Assembly: GCA_047285305.1 (NCBI GenBank)
Contig: JBJBDL010000003.1
Location: 992,001 to 1,056,000 of the forward strand
DNA length: 64,000 bases
Source: Synechococcus sp.
GTDB taxonomy: Bacteria; Cyanobacteriota; Cyanobacteriia; PCC-6307; Cyanobiaceae
Reading direction: 5' to 3'
Under the pieces are notes generated by a model. It had not been told where the DNA came from and searched no databases. It was given only the letters and a program-made list of their open reading frames with translations. Shown in pieces: positions 10,216 to 21,242 of this stretch; the stretch's first letter is position 1; every line of letters begins with the position of its first letter. Made by a program: the position numbers and the translations under genes.

Positions 10216-10392
10216 ATGGCCCAACGTCGTTTCTTCAGCAGCCCCCTCGATCAGCAGCGCGACCGGCTCGATGGCTGCTGGCAACTCGAATGCGACATCG
10301 ATCCGTTGATTCTTCGGGCCCGCGTCCTGCACCGCCGCGGAGAGGTGAACGGTGCCGCCGGCCTCGAACAGGAAGTGCTGCCGATCGTCTGA
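10216..10392 (+). CDS. Hypothetical protein (58 aa)
   Basis: MAQRRFFSSPLDQQRDRLDGCWQLECDIDPLILRARVLHRRG...; fills the gap between two minus-strand genes. Confidence 0.6.
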   Translation: MAQRRFFSSPLDQQRDRLDGCWQLECDIDPLILRARVLHRRGEVNGAAGLEQEVLPIV

Positions 10393-10426
10393 TCCAGCAG
10401 CACGTCTTGGAACATCAGCGCCTGCT

Positions 10427-11005
10427 TCAGAGCGCTTCGGCGTGGTTGACCACCAGATGCTCCACCTCCTTCAAGGCCTCCTCTGAGGCGGAGCGAGCTG
10501 CTGTGAAATCCCCCTTGGCGGTGTCCAGTAGCTGCTGAGCGAGCCGATCTAGCAGCTCCTCTTTGTGCTCCTCAAGCATCGCCACGATCTCGGTTTCCAC
10601 CAAGGTGCGCACCGCCTGAATGCGCAGGTCGTCGTTTTCGGCTTCCGCGAAGGTGCCCTGCACGAGTTCCTGGATGAACAGACGGTGCACTTCGCTGCTG
10701 CGCAGGAAGCTTTCCGTGGCGTTGATCATCCCGTCCACCAGTGTGCGATCGGGTTCGCTCTCGCCGTCGTTGAGCTTGAACTCCCAGTCGAGATGGCGTC
10801 TCTGCCAGCCGGCCGTGTGCAGGCTCGGCATCACGCTTTGCGAAAAGGTGTCAACGGAGATTTCATAAATCCGCTCCGCCAGCCGTTCACACCAGTCTTT
10901 GCCGTGCAACTGGAGGGTGGACTGCATGGTTTCCCGTTCGACGGCATGGCCACCGTGGTGGCTGTGGCAGAGCCCGTCGGGACACTCGATTGCGCTGAGA
11001 CCCAT
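10427..11005 (-). CDS. Conserved hypothetical protein with N-terminal Cys/His cluster
   Basis: MGLSAIECPDGLCHSHHGGH followed by an acidic helical domain. Confidence 0.8.
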   Translation of the reverse strand: MGLSAIECPDGLCHSHHGGHAVERETMQSTLQLHGKDWCERLAERIYEISVDTFSQSVMPSLHTAGWQRRHLDWEFKLNDGESEPDRTLVDGMINATESFLRSSEVHRLFIQELVQGTFAEAENDDLRIQAVRTLVETEIVAMLEEHKEELLDRLAQQLLDTAKGDFTAARSASEEALKEVEHLVVNHAEAL

Positions 11006-11129
11006 GGGAAGCACAGAGGGTGCACTTCACGTAGCAAGACCGACAGAACTGAGGGCCTTTCTTCAGGAAGGTTCCTGATCGCGAGAGGGCGACCTCGTAA
11101 CCTCGCTTGGGTCGGTGGTTGTGTTCCCC

Positions 11130-12269
11130 TTGCCCAGACTTCTGATACCGGTGGAGTCGACACCGGGAGAAACCCGGGTCGCGGCAACGCCGGACACGGT
11201 CAAAAAATTCATCTCGTTGGGCTGCAGCGTCGCAGTCGAATTCGGAGCCGGTACCCCCTCTGGATACCTCGACGAGGCCTACGCCGAGCAGGGCGCAGAT
11301 CTCATTGAGACGGGAGATACGTCGGCCTGGAGTCAGGCAGACGTTCTTCTCTGTGTTCAATCTCCAAGCGCAGCCACCATGGCCCGCCTGCGCCAGGGAG
11401 CGCTGGTTGTGGGTCTGCTGTCTCCCTACGCCAACGAAGAGCTGACGGCCGCCCTGAAGCGCAGCGGCCTTTCAGCCATGGCGCTCGAGCTGCTGCCCCG
11501 GATCAGCCGGGCTCAGTCCGCCGATGCGCTGTCCTCCCAGGCCAACATCGCGGGCTACAAGTCGGTGCTGCTGGCCTCCGCCGCGCTGGACCGTTACTTC
11601 CCGATGCTGATGACGGCAGCGGGCACCGTTCAGCCGGCCAAGGTCGTGATTCTTGGAGCTGGTGTGGCCGGTCTTCAGGCCGTGGCCACAGCCCGCCGTC
11701 TGGGTGCTGTGGTGTACGTCAGTGACATCAGACCTGCGGTGAAGGAGCAGGTGGAATCCCTCGGCGCCCGCTTCATCGAGCCCCCCGAAATGGAGGACAA
11801 GCCTTCGGAATCCGGTGGCTATGCCAAACAGGCCTCTGACGCCTTCCTGGCGGCCCAGCGTCAGCAGCTGTCGGATCAGCTGGCGGAGGCCGACGTGGCC
11901 ATCTGCACCGCCCAGGTGCCCGGTCGCCGCGCTCCGCGTTTGATCAGCGAAGACATGCTTGATCGGATGCGCCCCGGCGCGGTGGTGGTGGATCTGGCCG
12001 TGGCCCAGGGCGGCAACTGTGCCGACACCGTTCCTGGTCAGACCGTGGATCGCAAGGGTGTGAAGCTGATCGGTGGTAACGACCTGCCCTGCAGCGTTCC
12101 CAATCACGCCAGTGCGCTCTACGCCCGCAACCTCGTGGCTCTGCTGGAGCCCATCTTGAAGGACGGCGTCCTCAGCCTTGATCCCGAGGATGAACTGATC
12201 GCCGGCTGTCTGATCGCCCAGGACGGCACCATCCGTCGTGGCGATGTTCTTACCCCAGGTTCCAACTGA
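11130..12269 (+). CDS. pntA: NAD(P) transhydrogenase subunit alpha, part 1
   Basis: GETRVAATP, RISRAQSADALSSQANIAGYK, GAGVAGLQA, DLAVAQGGNC. Confidence 0.95.
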   Translation: MPRLLIPVESTPGETRVAATPDTVKKFISLGCSVAVEFGAGTPSGYLDEAYAEQGADLIETGDTSAWSQADVLLCVQSPSAATMARLRQGALVVGLLSPYANEELTAALKRSGLSAMALELLPRISRAQSADALSSQANIAGYKSVLLASAALDRYFPMLMTAAGTVQPAKVVILGAGVAGLQAVATARRLGAVVYVSDIRPAVKEQVESLGARFIEPPEMEDKPSESGGYAKQASDAFLAAQRQQLSDQLAEADVAICTAQVPGRRAPRLISEDMLDRMRPGAVVVDLAVAQGGNCADTVPGQTVDRKGVKLIGGNDLPCSVPNHASALYARNLVALLEPILKDGVLSLDPEDELIAGCLIAQDGTIRRGDVLTPGSN

Positions 12270-12565
12270 TGTTTGTTGAATTCCTCTGGGTTCTCCTGCT
12301 TGGCAGCCTGCTTGGGCTGGAGCTGATCGGCAAGGTTCCCCCCACCCTGCACACTCCCTTGATGAGTGGTGCCAATGCCATCTCGGGCATCACAGTGTTG
12401 GCAGCGCTCACCGCCATCATTAAAGCCGGCGACAACACCCTGCTGTTGTTGCTCGGTTCCGTCTCGCTGGGCTTTGCCCTGTTCAACGTGATCGGGGGCT
12501 TCCTCGTGACCGATCGCATGCTGGCCATGTTCAGCCGCAAGCCTGCTCGCAAGGAGAACCGCTGA
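12269..12565 (+). CDS. pntA: NAD(P) transhydrogenase subunit alpha, part 2
   Basis: VPPTLHTPLMSGANAISG, GGFLVTDRML. Confidence 0.95.
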   Translation: MFVEFLWVLLLGSLLGLELIGKVPPTLHTPLMSGANAISGITVLAALTAIIKAGDNTLLLLLGSVSLGFALFNVIGGFLVTDRMLAMFSRKPARKENR

Positions 12566-13986
12566 TGTCTGACCTTCTCAAATACGCGATCGAGCTGGTT
12601 GCGGTTCTGCTGTTGGCTCTCGGCATCAAAGGTCTCTCCAAGGTGCGTTCCGCCCGGGGCGCCAATCAGCTGGCCGCTGTGGCCATGGGCCTTGCAGTGC
12701 TGGGTCTGCTGATCAACTACCTCGGCACCAGCGGCATCAGCATCGCCGCCTGGACCTGGATCATTGCCGGAACGTTGGTGGGTGGTGTGCTCGGCGTTAT
12801 CACCGCCCAGCGGGTGCCGATGACCTCGATGCCGGAGACGGTCGCCCTCTTCAACGGCTGCGGTGGCATGTCGTCACTGCTGGTGGCTCTGGCTGCTGCG
12901 CTTTACCCGGCGGCCCTCGATGCGGCAGGCCCCGTGGCCGTGGTGTCGATCGTTGTCTCTGTGTTCGTGGGTGCGATCACCTTCAGCGGCTCGATCGTGG
13001 CCATGGCCAAGCTGCAGGGTTGGCTGTCCACGCCGGCCTGGATGCAGAGCAAGGCGCGCCATGCCGTGAACATTGCGCTGGCGGTGGCATCTCTGGTGGG
13101 TGCCGTTGAGATGCTGCGCAACGCTGATTCGAACACGGGCCTCTGGCTGCTGGTGGTGGCCTCCGGCCTTCTGGGGGTCGGGGTGACGCTGCCGATCGGC
13201 GGCGCCGACATGCCCGTGGTGATCTCCCTGCTGAACAGCTATTCCGGTGTGGCTGCTGCAGCTGCCGGTTTCGTGGTGGGCAGCCAGTTGCTGATCGTGG
13301 CCGGCGCCATGGTTGGCGCTGCTGGCCTGATCCTCACCCAGGTGATGTGCAACGGCATGAACCGTTCCCTGGTGTCTGTGCTGTTCGGTGGCGCCCTGGG
13401 TGCCACGAGCGCTGCAGGCGGTGGCGGCGGTGAATACACCAACATCACCAGCTGCAGTGTTGAGGAATGCGCCCTCACCCTCGAGGCAGCTGAACGGGTG
13501 GTGATTGTTCCGGGCTATGGCTTGGCCGTGGCTCAGGCGCAACACACACTCAGGGAAGTGACTCGCGTGCTGGAGAGTGCTGGCATCGATGTGGCCTATG
13601 CCATTCACCCGGTGGCTGGCCGTATGCCGGGTCATATGAACGTGCTCCTGGCTGAGGCCGATGTGCCCTACGAGCAGCTGCAGGAGATGGATCAGATCAA
13701 TCCCGAGTTCCCCGCCACCGACGTGGTGCTGGTGCTGGGTGCCAATGATGTGGTCAATCCTCAGGCCAAGAACGACCCCAATTCGCCGCTGTACGGTATG
13801 CCTGTTCTGGATGTGCAGGACGCCCGCACGGTGTTCGTGGTGAAACGGGGCATGAGCGCTGGCTACTCCGGCATCAAGAACGATCTGTTCGAGTTGGCCA
13901 ACACCTCGATGTTGTTCGGCGACGCCAAAAAGGTGCTCGGCGATCTCCTGGTGGAACTCAAGGATCTGGGCCTGGGCAAGAAGTGA
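12565..13986 (+). CDS. pntB: NAD(P) transhydrogenase subunit beta
   Basis: IGGADMPVVISLLNSYSG, PGYGLAVAQAQ, HPVAGRMPGHMNVLLAEA, GANDVVNP. Confidence 0.96.
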   Translation: MSDLLKYAIELVAVLLLALGIKGLSKVRSARGANQLAAVAMGLAVLGLLINYLGTSGISIAAWTWIIAGTLVGGVLGVITAQRVPMTSMPETVALFNGCGGMSSLLVALAAALYPAALDAAGPVAVVSIVVSVFVGAITFSGSIVAMAKLQGWLSTPAWMQSKARHAVNIALAVASLVGAVEMLRNADSNTGLWLLVVASGLLGVGVTLPIGGADMPVVISLLNSYSGVAAAAAGFVVGSQLLIVAGAMVGAAGLILTQVMCNGMNRSLVSVLFGGALGATSAAGGGGGEYTNITSCSVEECALTLEAAERVVIVPGYGLAVAQAQHTLREVTRVLESAGIDVAYAIHPVAGRMPGHMNVLLAEADVPYEQLQEMDQINPEFPATDVVLVLGANDVVNPQAKNDPNSPLYGMPVLDVQDARTVFVVKRGMSAGYSGIKNDLFELANTSMLFGDAKKVLGDLLVELKDLGLGKK

Positions 13987-15017
13987 TGGGTCGCGGCGTG
14001 GATAACCCCCAGCTGCGGGAGCGGCTGGGGGTTCCATCGTTTGAGCAGCGCTGGCCCTGGATCGGTGGTGACCTGCAAACCCTGCGCGACACCCTGCGTG
14101 AGGTGGATCTTCCTCACGATCAAGGGGTACCCATTGAAATTCCCGTGCCAGCTCTGCCCAGTGGAGCAGCGGCTGCCGGGTCGTTGCTGGCCCTGCTCGA
14201 TCAGCCGGAGGGGGACCCCAAGGGCTTGGTTTTGCTGCTCCATGGCCTGGGGGGATCGAGTTCCCGGGAAGGCCTGAGGCGGATGGGTGTGGCGCTCCAG
14301 GCCGCTGGTTTTGCGGTGCTGCGCCTTAATCTGCGCGGTGCTGATCCAGGCCGCCACCTCGCTGGTGGCACCTATGCAGCACGCTGCAACAGCGATCTGC
14401 TGCCGGTGATTGCTCGGGCCCGAAGCTTGGCGGCGGGTCGCCCACTGCTGGGGGCAGGCATCTCCCTGGGCGGCACGATGCTGCTCAATGCCGCTCTCGC
14501 TTCCCCCGGCGTGCTTGATGGCCTCTTCTGTGCCAGCAGTCCCTTGGATCTGGCCGCCTGCAGCGCCTCGATCGAGCGACCGCGCAATCGGGTCTACCAA
14601 CGCTGGCTGCTCAAGCGGTTGGTCCGTCAGACCCTGGCGGATCCCTTTGTGGTGAGCGCCGAAGAGGAAGCCATGCTGCAAGCGACGCCCCCTCGTTCGA
14701 TTCGTGAGTTCGACAGTGCCGTGACGGCTCCCCGCTGGGGGTTTCCGGATGTCGAGGCCTACTACCGCGAGGCTTCACCCCTGCAGCATCTGTTGCCTGC
14801 CTGCAAAGCGATACCGCCCACCTTGCTGCTGCAGGCCCTGGATGATCCCTGGGTTCCTGCTTGCTCTGCGATCGATCTCGCAAAGGCGCTGCCGCCGGAG
14901 GCTGCGATTCGCACGTTGTTCACGCCACGGGGAGGGCACAACGGCTTCCATGGCCGTGACGGCTGCTGGGGCGATCAGCTGGCGGCGGCCTGGCTCAGGG
15001 ACGTTGTTGCTCGCTAA
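13986..15017 (+). CDS. YheT-family alpha/beta hydrolase
   Basis: GDLQTL, HGLGGSS, NLRG, GISLGG, DDPWVP, GGHNGF. Confidence 0.85.
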   Translation: MGRGVDNPQLRERLGVPSFEQRWPWIGGDLQTLRDTLREVDLPHDQGVPIEIPVPALPSGAAAAGSLLALLDQPEGDPKGLVLLLHGLGGSSSREGLRRMGVALQAAGFAVLRLNLRGADPGRHLAGGTYAARCNSDLLPVIARARSLAAGRPLLGAGISLGGTMLLNAALASPGVLDGLFCASSPLDLAACSASIERPRNRVYQRWLLKRLVRQTLADPFVVSAEEEAMLQATPPRSIREFDSAVTAPRWGFPDVEAYYREASPLQHLLPACKAIPPTLLLQALDDPWVPACSAIDLAKALPPEAAIRTLFTPRGGHNGFHGRDGCWGDQLAAAWLRDVVAR

Positions 15018-15052
15018 GCCGCTATTCCTACTGGTTGCAGGCCTCTCGCTCT

Positions 15053-16198
15053 TCAGTAATAGAAGGCTCGATCGCTTGGGTTCTGATACACAGCGCCACC
15101 GCAGCGTGTGGCAATCCTCCACAGCGCTTTGTGGATCGGTGTTGAGTCGTAGCGCACCAGCTCAGGGAACCTCTGCCGCAGCAGTTGAGTTCCACGCCAG
15201 GCGTTGTAATGCGGAATCGATGAATTGACGTGATGGCACACGTGGGTTGAGCCGATTCCATGGTGCAGCAGGTTGAGGATGGGCCCGTAGGGACGATCAA
15301 CCGTTTGCAGGGCTCCCTTCGACCAAGTCCAGGTTTCGTTGGAGAAGTGAGGGATATCGGTGTTGGTGTGCTGTAACCAGGTGTAGGTCGTCAGCCACAT
15401 GTTGATCACCAGGTAGGGCAAGCCGTAAAGACACAGCACACGGAGCAGGGAAAACTGCACTGAGGCGACGATCAACATGGCAACCATGGCGAGCAATCCC
15501 AGGTTGGATCGCAGCATCCACTTGCCGAATGAATGCGGGAAAAGGCGGCGTTTGCCGTTGAAATTACGATTGCGATTCCAAAAATGAGAGGTGGGAGAGT
15601 CGTAGTCTTCTCCGCCGGTGGCTCCCAGGAAGAGATAAAGCTGCCAGCCAATCACGAGGTGATTAAACAGAGAAATGATCCCGAAGACGGTGGGATTCAA
15701 CCTTTGCTTGAGCTGTTCGGTGGTTCGGCCCATCGGTGAAGTTGCCCGAGGCGGAACATGGGTTTCTCCCTGTTCCAGGTGATTGCAGTGGGCGTGGTGC
15801 ACCGCATGGCTGTGGGCCCAGCTGTAAAAAGGAACAAGCAAAATGCTGTGCAGCACAAAGCCCACAACGCCTTCAACCCGCCGGTTGGGGTGGAAGGCGT
15901 GATGGCCGCATTCATGGGCGATCACCCAGCAGCCCATCGCGATGGTGCCGGTGATCATGCCGTAGAGGAGCCAGAGGGGGATGGCGGCTGCCGAGAGCGG
16001 AACAAGGGTTCCCAGGCTGAGGGCCAGAAGCGAAAGGCCTGCAGACATGGCCAGGCTCAACCATGACTTCGCTGGGCTCAGCTTGCAGAGCTCTGCTGGC
16101 AAGGCGCTGAGCAGCTCAGCCTTGCTCGGGTAGGAGATTGATTCAGCGCTGTCTTCAGGTGCTGGATTTGCTGGTCGGGTCGCTGTTGCAAATGCCAA
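15053..16198 (-). CDS. Membrane fatty acid desaturase (delta-12/omega type)
   Basis: Three His boxes HECGH, HAVHH and HVCHH. Confidence 0.92.
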   Translation of the reverse strand: MAFATATRPANPAPEDSAESISYPSKAELLSALPAELCKLSPAKSWLSLAMSAGLSLLALSLGTLVPLSAAAIPLWLLYGMITGTIAMGCWVIAHECGHHAFHPNRRVEGVVGFVLHSILLVPFYSWAHSHAVHHAHCNHLEQGETHVPPRATSPMGRTTEQLKQRLNPTVFGIISLFNHLVIGWQLYLFLGATGGEDYDSPTSHFWNRNRNFNGKRRLFPHSFGKWMLRSNLGLLAMVAMLIVASVQFSLLRVLCLYGLPYLVINMWLTTYTWLQHTNTDIPHFSNETWTWSKGALQTVDRPYGPILNLLHHGIGSTHVCHHVNSSIPHYNAWRGTQLLRQRFPELVRYDSTPIHKALWRIATRCGGAVYQNPSDRAFYY

Positions 16199-16419
16199 AT
16201 GGAAGCCTCAAGACAAGCGCTCATCTGCTGGCGCTTAAGGTTTTGATCATAATTGCTTGGGCTGCGAGCTGTGGGGCATGGTGCTCCAGAGCGCAACGGC
16301 AATTAATCGGGTTTCGTTGTTTGGAATTCAGGCTGAATTTCAAGCTTCTTTTACTCACAATTCCCTCTCTTGGGCGTGAATTGAGCTTTTTGCTAATCCT
16401 CTCCTGAGTTTATTTGGGA

Positions 16420-16782
16420 TTAAATCTTGCCTAAAGGTGCACCAGTGTTTGCCTCGAATGGTGTTCTTTTGAGAATCCATTCTTCTACAGGCTGTTGGCC
16501 GATGATGTGTTGTTCAATGATTTTTTTGACGCGATCGGGCGAAACATCGGCGTACCAAATTCCGTCTGGCCAGACCAGAAGAATCGGTCCTCGTTCGCAC
16601 ACCCTGAGGCAATCGGCTTTGCTGCGCAGAACAATTCCCTCTGGGCGCTCCGTGTTCTCGAGATTCAGTTCGCGAACAACGCTCTTCAGTTCATTCCAGG
16701 TTTGTGCCCCAAGCGCTGAATCGCAGCATTTGGCTTTGGTGGCGGTTGCGCAGAGCAGGAGGTGATGGCTGACCAGTTGCAT
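16420..16782 (-). CDS. Thioredoxin-like [2Fe-2S] ferredoxin
   Basis: HLLLC...CC...CLRVCERGPILLVWPDGIWY; start ATG 16782. Confidence 0.88.
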   Translation of the reverse strand: MQLVSHHLLLCATATKAKCCDSALGAQTWNELKSVVRELNLENTERPEGIVLRSKADCLRVCERGPILLVWPDGIWYADVSPDRVKKIIEQHIIGQQPVEEWILKRTPFEANTGAPLGKI

Positions 16783-16784
16783 GC

Positions 16785-18032
16785 CTAAGCGGCGAGCGCT
16801 CCCATGGGCAAACGGGTCACACCGCGGTTCACCTGTTCCCGCACGGCGGTTCGCGCCCACTGATCCACCCGCAGCACGTCGTCCAACTGGGGCTGGACCA
16901 TCAGATCGGGTTTATGACGCTCGCAGGCAGCCTCGATTACTGCGGGGATGTCGAGGAAGTGAATCTTCTCCTCAAGGAACTGCGCCACGGCTTCCTCGTT
17001 GGCAGCATTCATCACCGCAGGCATGGTGCCGCCGGCGCGTCCAGCGGCGTAGGCCAGCTCCATGCAGGGGTACTTGGCGGGATCGGGGGCCCGGAAGCTG
17101 AGCTGACCCACTTCCGTGAGATCCAGTCGCCGCCATGGCGTCTCCAGGCGTGAGGGCCAGCTGAGGCAGTAGAGGATGGGCAGCTTCATGTCGGGCCAGC
17201 CCAGTTGGGCCAGCACGGAGGAATCAGCCAGTTCGATCATCGAATGGATGATGCTCTGGGGATGGATCACGATCTCTATGTGGTCGTAGTCCAGACCGAA
17301 CAGGTAATGGGCTTCGATCACCTCCAGCCCCTTGTTCATCAATGAGGCGGAATCCACGGTGATCTTGCGGCCCATGCTCCAGTTGGGGTGACTGGTGGCG
17401 TCGGCCACAGTGGCCTTTTCAAGGTCGGCGGCCGTCCAGTCGCGGAAGGCGCCGCCGGAGGCTGTGAGCTGAATCCGGCGCAGCCCCGGTGTGGGCACGC
17501 CGGTGGACAAGCGTGCGTTTTCAGCCCAGGGGGTTCCCTGCAGGCACTGGAAAATTGCCGAGTGTTCCGAATCCGCCGGCAGCAGACGGCTGCCGCTCTT
17601 CTTCAGCTCCGGCAACACCACGGGGCCGGCCGCAATCAGCGTTTCCTTGTTGGCCAGAGCCAGGTCTTTGCCAGCGCGGATCGCCGCCAGGGTCGGCAAC
17701 AGACCGGCGCAACCAACAATGCCCGTCACCACCAGGTCGGCGCTGTCCCAGCTGGCAGCAACGTTGAGACCATCAGCGCCTCCCACAAGCTGGGGTGCAT
17801 CTGCGTCTGTGACGCCAGCGTTCTTCAGACGCTCCTGCAGTTCCGGCAGGAGATCGGCATCGGCCAGGGCCACCACCTCAGGGCGATGCCTTTGAACTTG
17901 GTCAACCAAAAGCTTCAGGTTGCGGCCGGCCGTGAGGGCCACAACGCGGAACTGCTCCGGAAACTCCTCAGCGATCTGAAGGGTCTGGGTGCCGATCGAA
18001 CCGGTGGATCCCAGCACGCTGATTGCTTTCAT
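16785..18032 (-). CDS. dxr: 1-deoxy-D-xylulose-5-phosphate reductoisomerase
   Basis: [50 protein letters not shown]. Confidence 0.97.
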   Translation of the reverse strand: MKAISVLGSTGSIGTQTLQIAEEFPEQFRVVALTAGRNLKLLVDQVQRHRPEVVALADADLLPELQERLKNAGVTDADAPQLVGGADGLNVAASWDSADLVVTGIVGCAGLLPTLAAIRAGKDLALANKETLIAAGPVVLPELKKSGSRLLPADSEHSAIFQCLQGTPWAENARLSTGVPTPGLRRIQLTASGGAFRDWTAADLEKATVADATSHPNWSMGRKITVDSASLMNKGLEVIEAHYLFGLDYDHIEIVIHPQSIIHSMIELADSSVLAQLGWPDMKLPILYCLSWPSRLETPWRRLDLTEVGQLSFRAPDPAKYPCMELAYAAGRAGGTMPAVMNAANEEAVAQFLEEKIHFLDIPAVIEAACERHKPDLMVQPQLDDVLRVDQWARTAVREQVNRGVTRLPMGALAA

Positions 18033-18111
18033 GCTGTCCCGGCAGTTGCGACAAGTCTCCCACCAGGACCGCGGAACGCTGGCAAGCTGGCGGACAGCTT
18101 GTGGAGAGCGC

Positions 18112-19431
18112 ATGGCCAAGGAACAGTGGCGATCGGGACTGGGGTTTGTCCTGGCGGCTGCAGGCAGTGCTGTGGGTCTGGGCAATCTCTGGGGCTTTGC
18201 TTACCGCGCCTCCCAGGGAGGTGGCGGCGCCTTCCTGCTGCTCTACGTGGTGATTGTGCTGTTGGTCTGCCTGCCGGTGCTGGTGGCCGAAATGGTGCTT
18301 GGGCGCAGCACCGGCCAAAGCCCTCTGCTTGCGCCAGTGGCGGCAGCCGGTCGCCGTTGGCAGCCAATGGGTTGGCTGTTCGTGCTGGCGGCCAGTGGAA
18401 TCCTGGCCTTCTATGCCGTGTTGATGGGGTGGACCGGGGCCACGCTGGTGCAGACCCTCACCCAGGGGCTCCCCGCGGATATCGCTTCAGCGCAAGCCTT
18501 TTTCGCCGGCCTAAGTGGCGGCCGCTCTGCCTTGATCAGCCAGCTGCTCAGCCTGGTGGCGACTGCTGCCGTGGTGGCGGCCGGCGTGCGCGGAGGTATT
18601 GAGCGGTTGTCCCGCTGGGGGCTGCCGTTGTTGTTTGTGCTGCTGATTGGCCTTGCGGTTTGGGCCGCTGGTCTTGATGGCGCCTCGGAGGGCTATCGCA
18701 CCTTCCTGCTTCGTTGGGACAACAGCCAGCTGCAGGACCCCACCACGATTCGCAATGCCTTCACCCAGGCCTTCTTCTCAATTGGCACGGGCATCGGTTG
18801 CATCCTGGCCTATTCGGCCTATCTGAGCCGGCGCGCCCACCTGCCGCGGGAAGCCGTGGCGGTGGTGGGGATGGACACCGCTGTGGGCTTGCTGGCCGGC
18901 ATGGTCACTTTCCCCGTGGTGATGAGCTTTGGCCTCCAGGATGTGATCAGTGGCTCCACCCTGGGCACGATCTTTATCGCGCTGCCTACGGGCCTGGGCT
19001 CGCTGGGCACCACAGGTCAGCTGGTGGCGGTGCTCTTTTTTGCTCTGGCCCTGATTGCAGCGATCACCTCAGCGGTGTCGCTGTTGGAGGTGCCGGTGGC
19101 CTGTTTGATCGATCGCCTGGGGTGGAGCCGCTCCCGGGCCGTCTGGGTGTCCGCGGCGTTGATCTTTGTGGCCGGTCTTCCAGCGGCCACCTCCATGGAG
19201 GTTCTCGGCTGGATGGATTCCGTGTTTGGGGGCCTGCTGCTGATTCTGGGGGGCTTGCTCCTGGCCCTGTTGCTGGGTTGGGTGCTTCCAGCTCGTTTTC
19301 AGGAAGAGCTGGGCCATTCGGGGAGCCCGATCTTGTTGCAGCGCTTTCTGCTGGTGATGCTGCGCTGGATTTCACCGCCGGTGATCGCTGTTGGTCTGGT
19401 GATCAGCGTGATTGATCTGATCCCCAGCTGA
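18112..19431 (+). CDS. Sodium-dependent transporter, NSS family
   Basis: [27 protein letters not shown]. Confidence 0.93.
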   Translation: MAKEQWRSGLGFVLAAAGSAVGLGNLWGFAYRASQGGGGAFLLLYVVIVLLVCLPVLVAEMVLGRSTGQSPLLAPVAAAGRRWQPMGWLFVLAASGILAFYAVLMGWTGATLVQTLTQGLPADIASAQAFFAGLSGGRSALISQLLSLVATAAVVAAGVRGGIERLSRWGLPLLFVLLIGLAVWAAGLDGASEGYRTFLLRWDNSQLQDPTTIRNAFTQAFFSIGTGIGCILAYSAYLSRRAHLPREAVAVVGMDTAVGLLAGMVTFPVVMSFGLQDVISGSTLGTIFIALPTGLGSLGTTGQLVAVLFFALALIAAITSAVSLLEVPVACLIDRLGWSRSRAVWVSAALIFVAGLPAATSMEVLGWMDSVFGGLLLILGGLLLALLLGWVLPARFQEELGHSGSPILLQRFLLVMLRWISPPVIAVGLVISVIDLIPS

Positions 19432-19451
19432 ATGATTCGCCTGGCTAGTGC

Positions 19452-19679
19452 CTACGGCTTATCCGAAGAATTGAGCATGGATTCCATCTTGCGGATCCTC
19501 TGCAGCATCTTGTCCCAGACCTCTGCTTTCCAGGCTTGCTCCGCATCGCCTGTGGAAGCGGCCAATTGCCTTTGAGCCGTGAGCTTCGCCTCAAGATCCT
19601 CGCCGGCATCGAGGGCCTTCATCAGCTCCATCTCGAGCTTGGCGGTTTCCATGAAGTTCAGCTTCTTTAGCCAGAGCAT
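19452..19679 (-). CDS. Hypothetical protein (75 aa)
   Basis: ATG ORF directly downstream of cysS on the same strand. Confidence 0.7.
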   Translation of the reverse strand: MLWLKKLNFMETAKLEMELMKALDAGEDLEAKLTAQRQLAASTGDAEQAWKAEVWDKMLQRIRKMESMLNSSDKP

Positions 19680-19714
19680 GGGGAGCGACAGGATTGGGGT
19701 TCAGTCTGCCGGGA

Positions 19715-21196
19715 TCAGGCGCGGATCCACTCCGTCACCCCGCCGGGTTTGTCGATCAGCTCTACCCCTTGGGCGGCAAGCTCATCCCGGATCCGGTCGG
19801 CCTCCGAGTAATCCTTCGCTGCTTTCGCTGCCTTGCGCGCCGCGATGGCTGCATCAATGGCGCCGTCGTCGAGGCTGGTTGCGGCTTCCGCTTCCGAGCG
19901 CAGTCCCAGCACCGCCCCCAGGTGTCGCAGCAGCTGCCAACGCCCCTCCAGACCCTTCAACTCCGGCTGAGGCAGGGCGGCGTCTTCCCCCCGTTCCAGC
20001 CGGTTGGCTAGGGCCCGCAGGGGCTTGGCCAGATCAAATAGCACGGCCAGTCCGCCCGAGCTGTTCAGGTCATCGTCCATGGCGCTGATGAAGCGTTGTT
20101 CGAGCTCCACCAGAGCGGTGTCGGCTGGACCTTTATCGGCCGTCATGGCGCCCTTTGTGAGCGGTGCGGCCGCGCTCCAGCCGAGGCTCTCGCCGTGGCG
20201 ATCGCCAAGGCTCAGGGCTGCATTCAGACCCTTCCAGCCGGTGGCTGCGGCCTCAAGGGCCTCGGCGGTGAAATCAAGGGGTTTGCGGTAGTGGGCCTGA
20301 AGCACAAAAAGGCGCAGGGTCATCGCTGAGACACCGCTCTCCAGCAGCGCACGGATGGTGGTGAAGTTGCCGAGCGACTTGCTCATCTTCTGCCCGCCCA
20401 CATTGACCATGCCGTTGTGCATCCAGACCCGGGCCAGGTCCTGACCGGTGGCGGCTTCGGATTGGGCGATCTCGTTTTCGTGGTGCGGGAACACCAGGTC
20501 GGCACCACCAAGGTGGATGTCGATCGTGTCGCCAAGTTCTGCCCGCACCATGGCTGAACATTCGATGTGCCAGCCGGGGCGTCCCTCACCCCAGGGGGAG
20601 GGGAAGCTGGGTTCTCCGGGTTTGGCCCCTTTCCAGAGCGCAAAATCGAAGGGGTGCTGCTTGCGGGCCTCTTCAGCATCGGCCACACGCCCGGCGGCGT
20701 TGTCCTGTTGTTCGCTCAGATCGCGGCCACTGAGCTTGCCGTAACCGGCATGCTTCATCACCGCGAAATACACATCCCCTTCAGCGCTGTAGGCCGCACC
20801 CTTGGCCTCCAGTTCGCCGATCAGTGCGCGGATGCCATCCAGGCACTGGGTGGCGCGGGGCATCCGGTCGGGCCGCAGGATTCCCAGGGCGTCCATGTCC
20901 TGGTGGAATGAGGCAATGTTTCGCTCGCTCACCTCCGACATCGAGGAGTTCTCCTCGCCGGCCCGTTTGAGGATCTTGTCGTCGATGTCGGTGAAGTTCT
21001 GAACGAAGGTCACCTCGAGGCCGCGCCAGATCAGATACCGCCGCAGCACATCCCAGTTGATGTAGCTGCGGGCATGGCCCAGGTGGCAGAGGTCGTAGAC
21101 CGTCACGCCGCAGCAATAGATGCTCGCCTTACCTGGGGTTAGGGGCGTGAACGGCTCGGTGCGGCGGGTGAGGGTGTTGGTGAGCCGCAGGGACAC
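19715..21196 (-). CDS. cysS: Cysteine--tRNA ligase
   Basis: [24 protein letters not shown]. Confidence 0.97.
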   Translation of the reverse strand: MSLRLTNTLTRRTEPFTPLTPGKASIYCCGVTVYDLCHLGHARSYINWDVLRRYLIWRGLEVTFVQNFTDIDDKILKRAGEENSSMSEVSERNIASFHQDMDALGILRPDRMPRATQCLDGIRALIGELEAKGAAYSAEGDVYFAVMKHAGYGKLSGRDLSEQQDNAAGRVADAEEARKQHPFDFALWKGAKPGEPSFPSPWGEGRPGWHIECSAMVRAELGDTIDIHLGGADLVFPHHENEIAQSEAATGQDLARVWMHNGMVNVGGQKMSKSLGNFTTIRALLESGVSAMTLRLFVLQAHYRKPLDFTAEALEAAATGWKGLNAALSLGDRHGESLGWSAAAPLTKGAMTADKGPADTALVELEQRFISAMDDDLNSSGGLAVLFDLAKPLRALANRLERGEDAALPQPELKGLEGRWQLLRHLGAVLGLRSEAEAATSLDDGAIDAAIAARKAAKAAKDYSEADRIRDELAAQGVELIDKPGGVTEWIRA

Positions 21197-21242
21197 AGCC
21201 GTTCAGAAGCTGCGGCTGAGGCTACGGCCTGTTCGGCTGCGT

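Noticed and set aside
8644..10392. Helicase plus small ORFs as an anti-phage or restriction system
   Set aside because: No nuclease, methyltransferase or effector partner; composition and context look like core genome
11031..11044. GTA-N8-GAC as an NtcA site upstream of pntA
   Set aside because: Mismatch to GTA-N8-TAC and no clearly positioned -10 element
12874..14037. 387-aa antisense ORF over pntB (likewise 17388-18602, 43337-44332, 57009-58115, 58557-59906, 61004-62089)
   Set aside because: Shadow ORFs expected from GC-rich codon bias; they overlap well-supported genes and carry no family motifs
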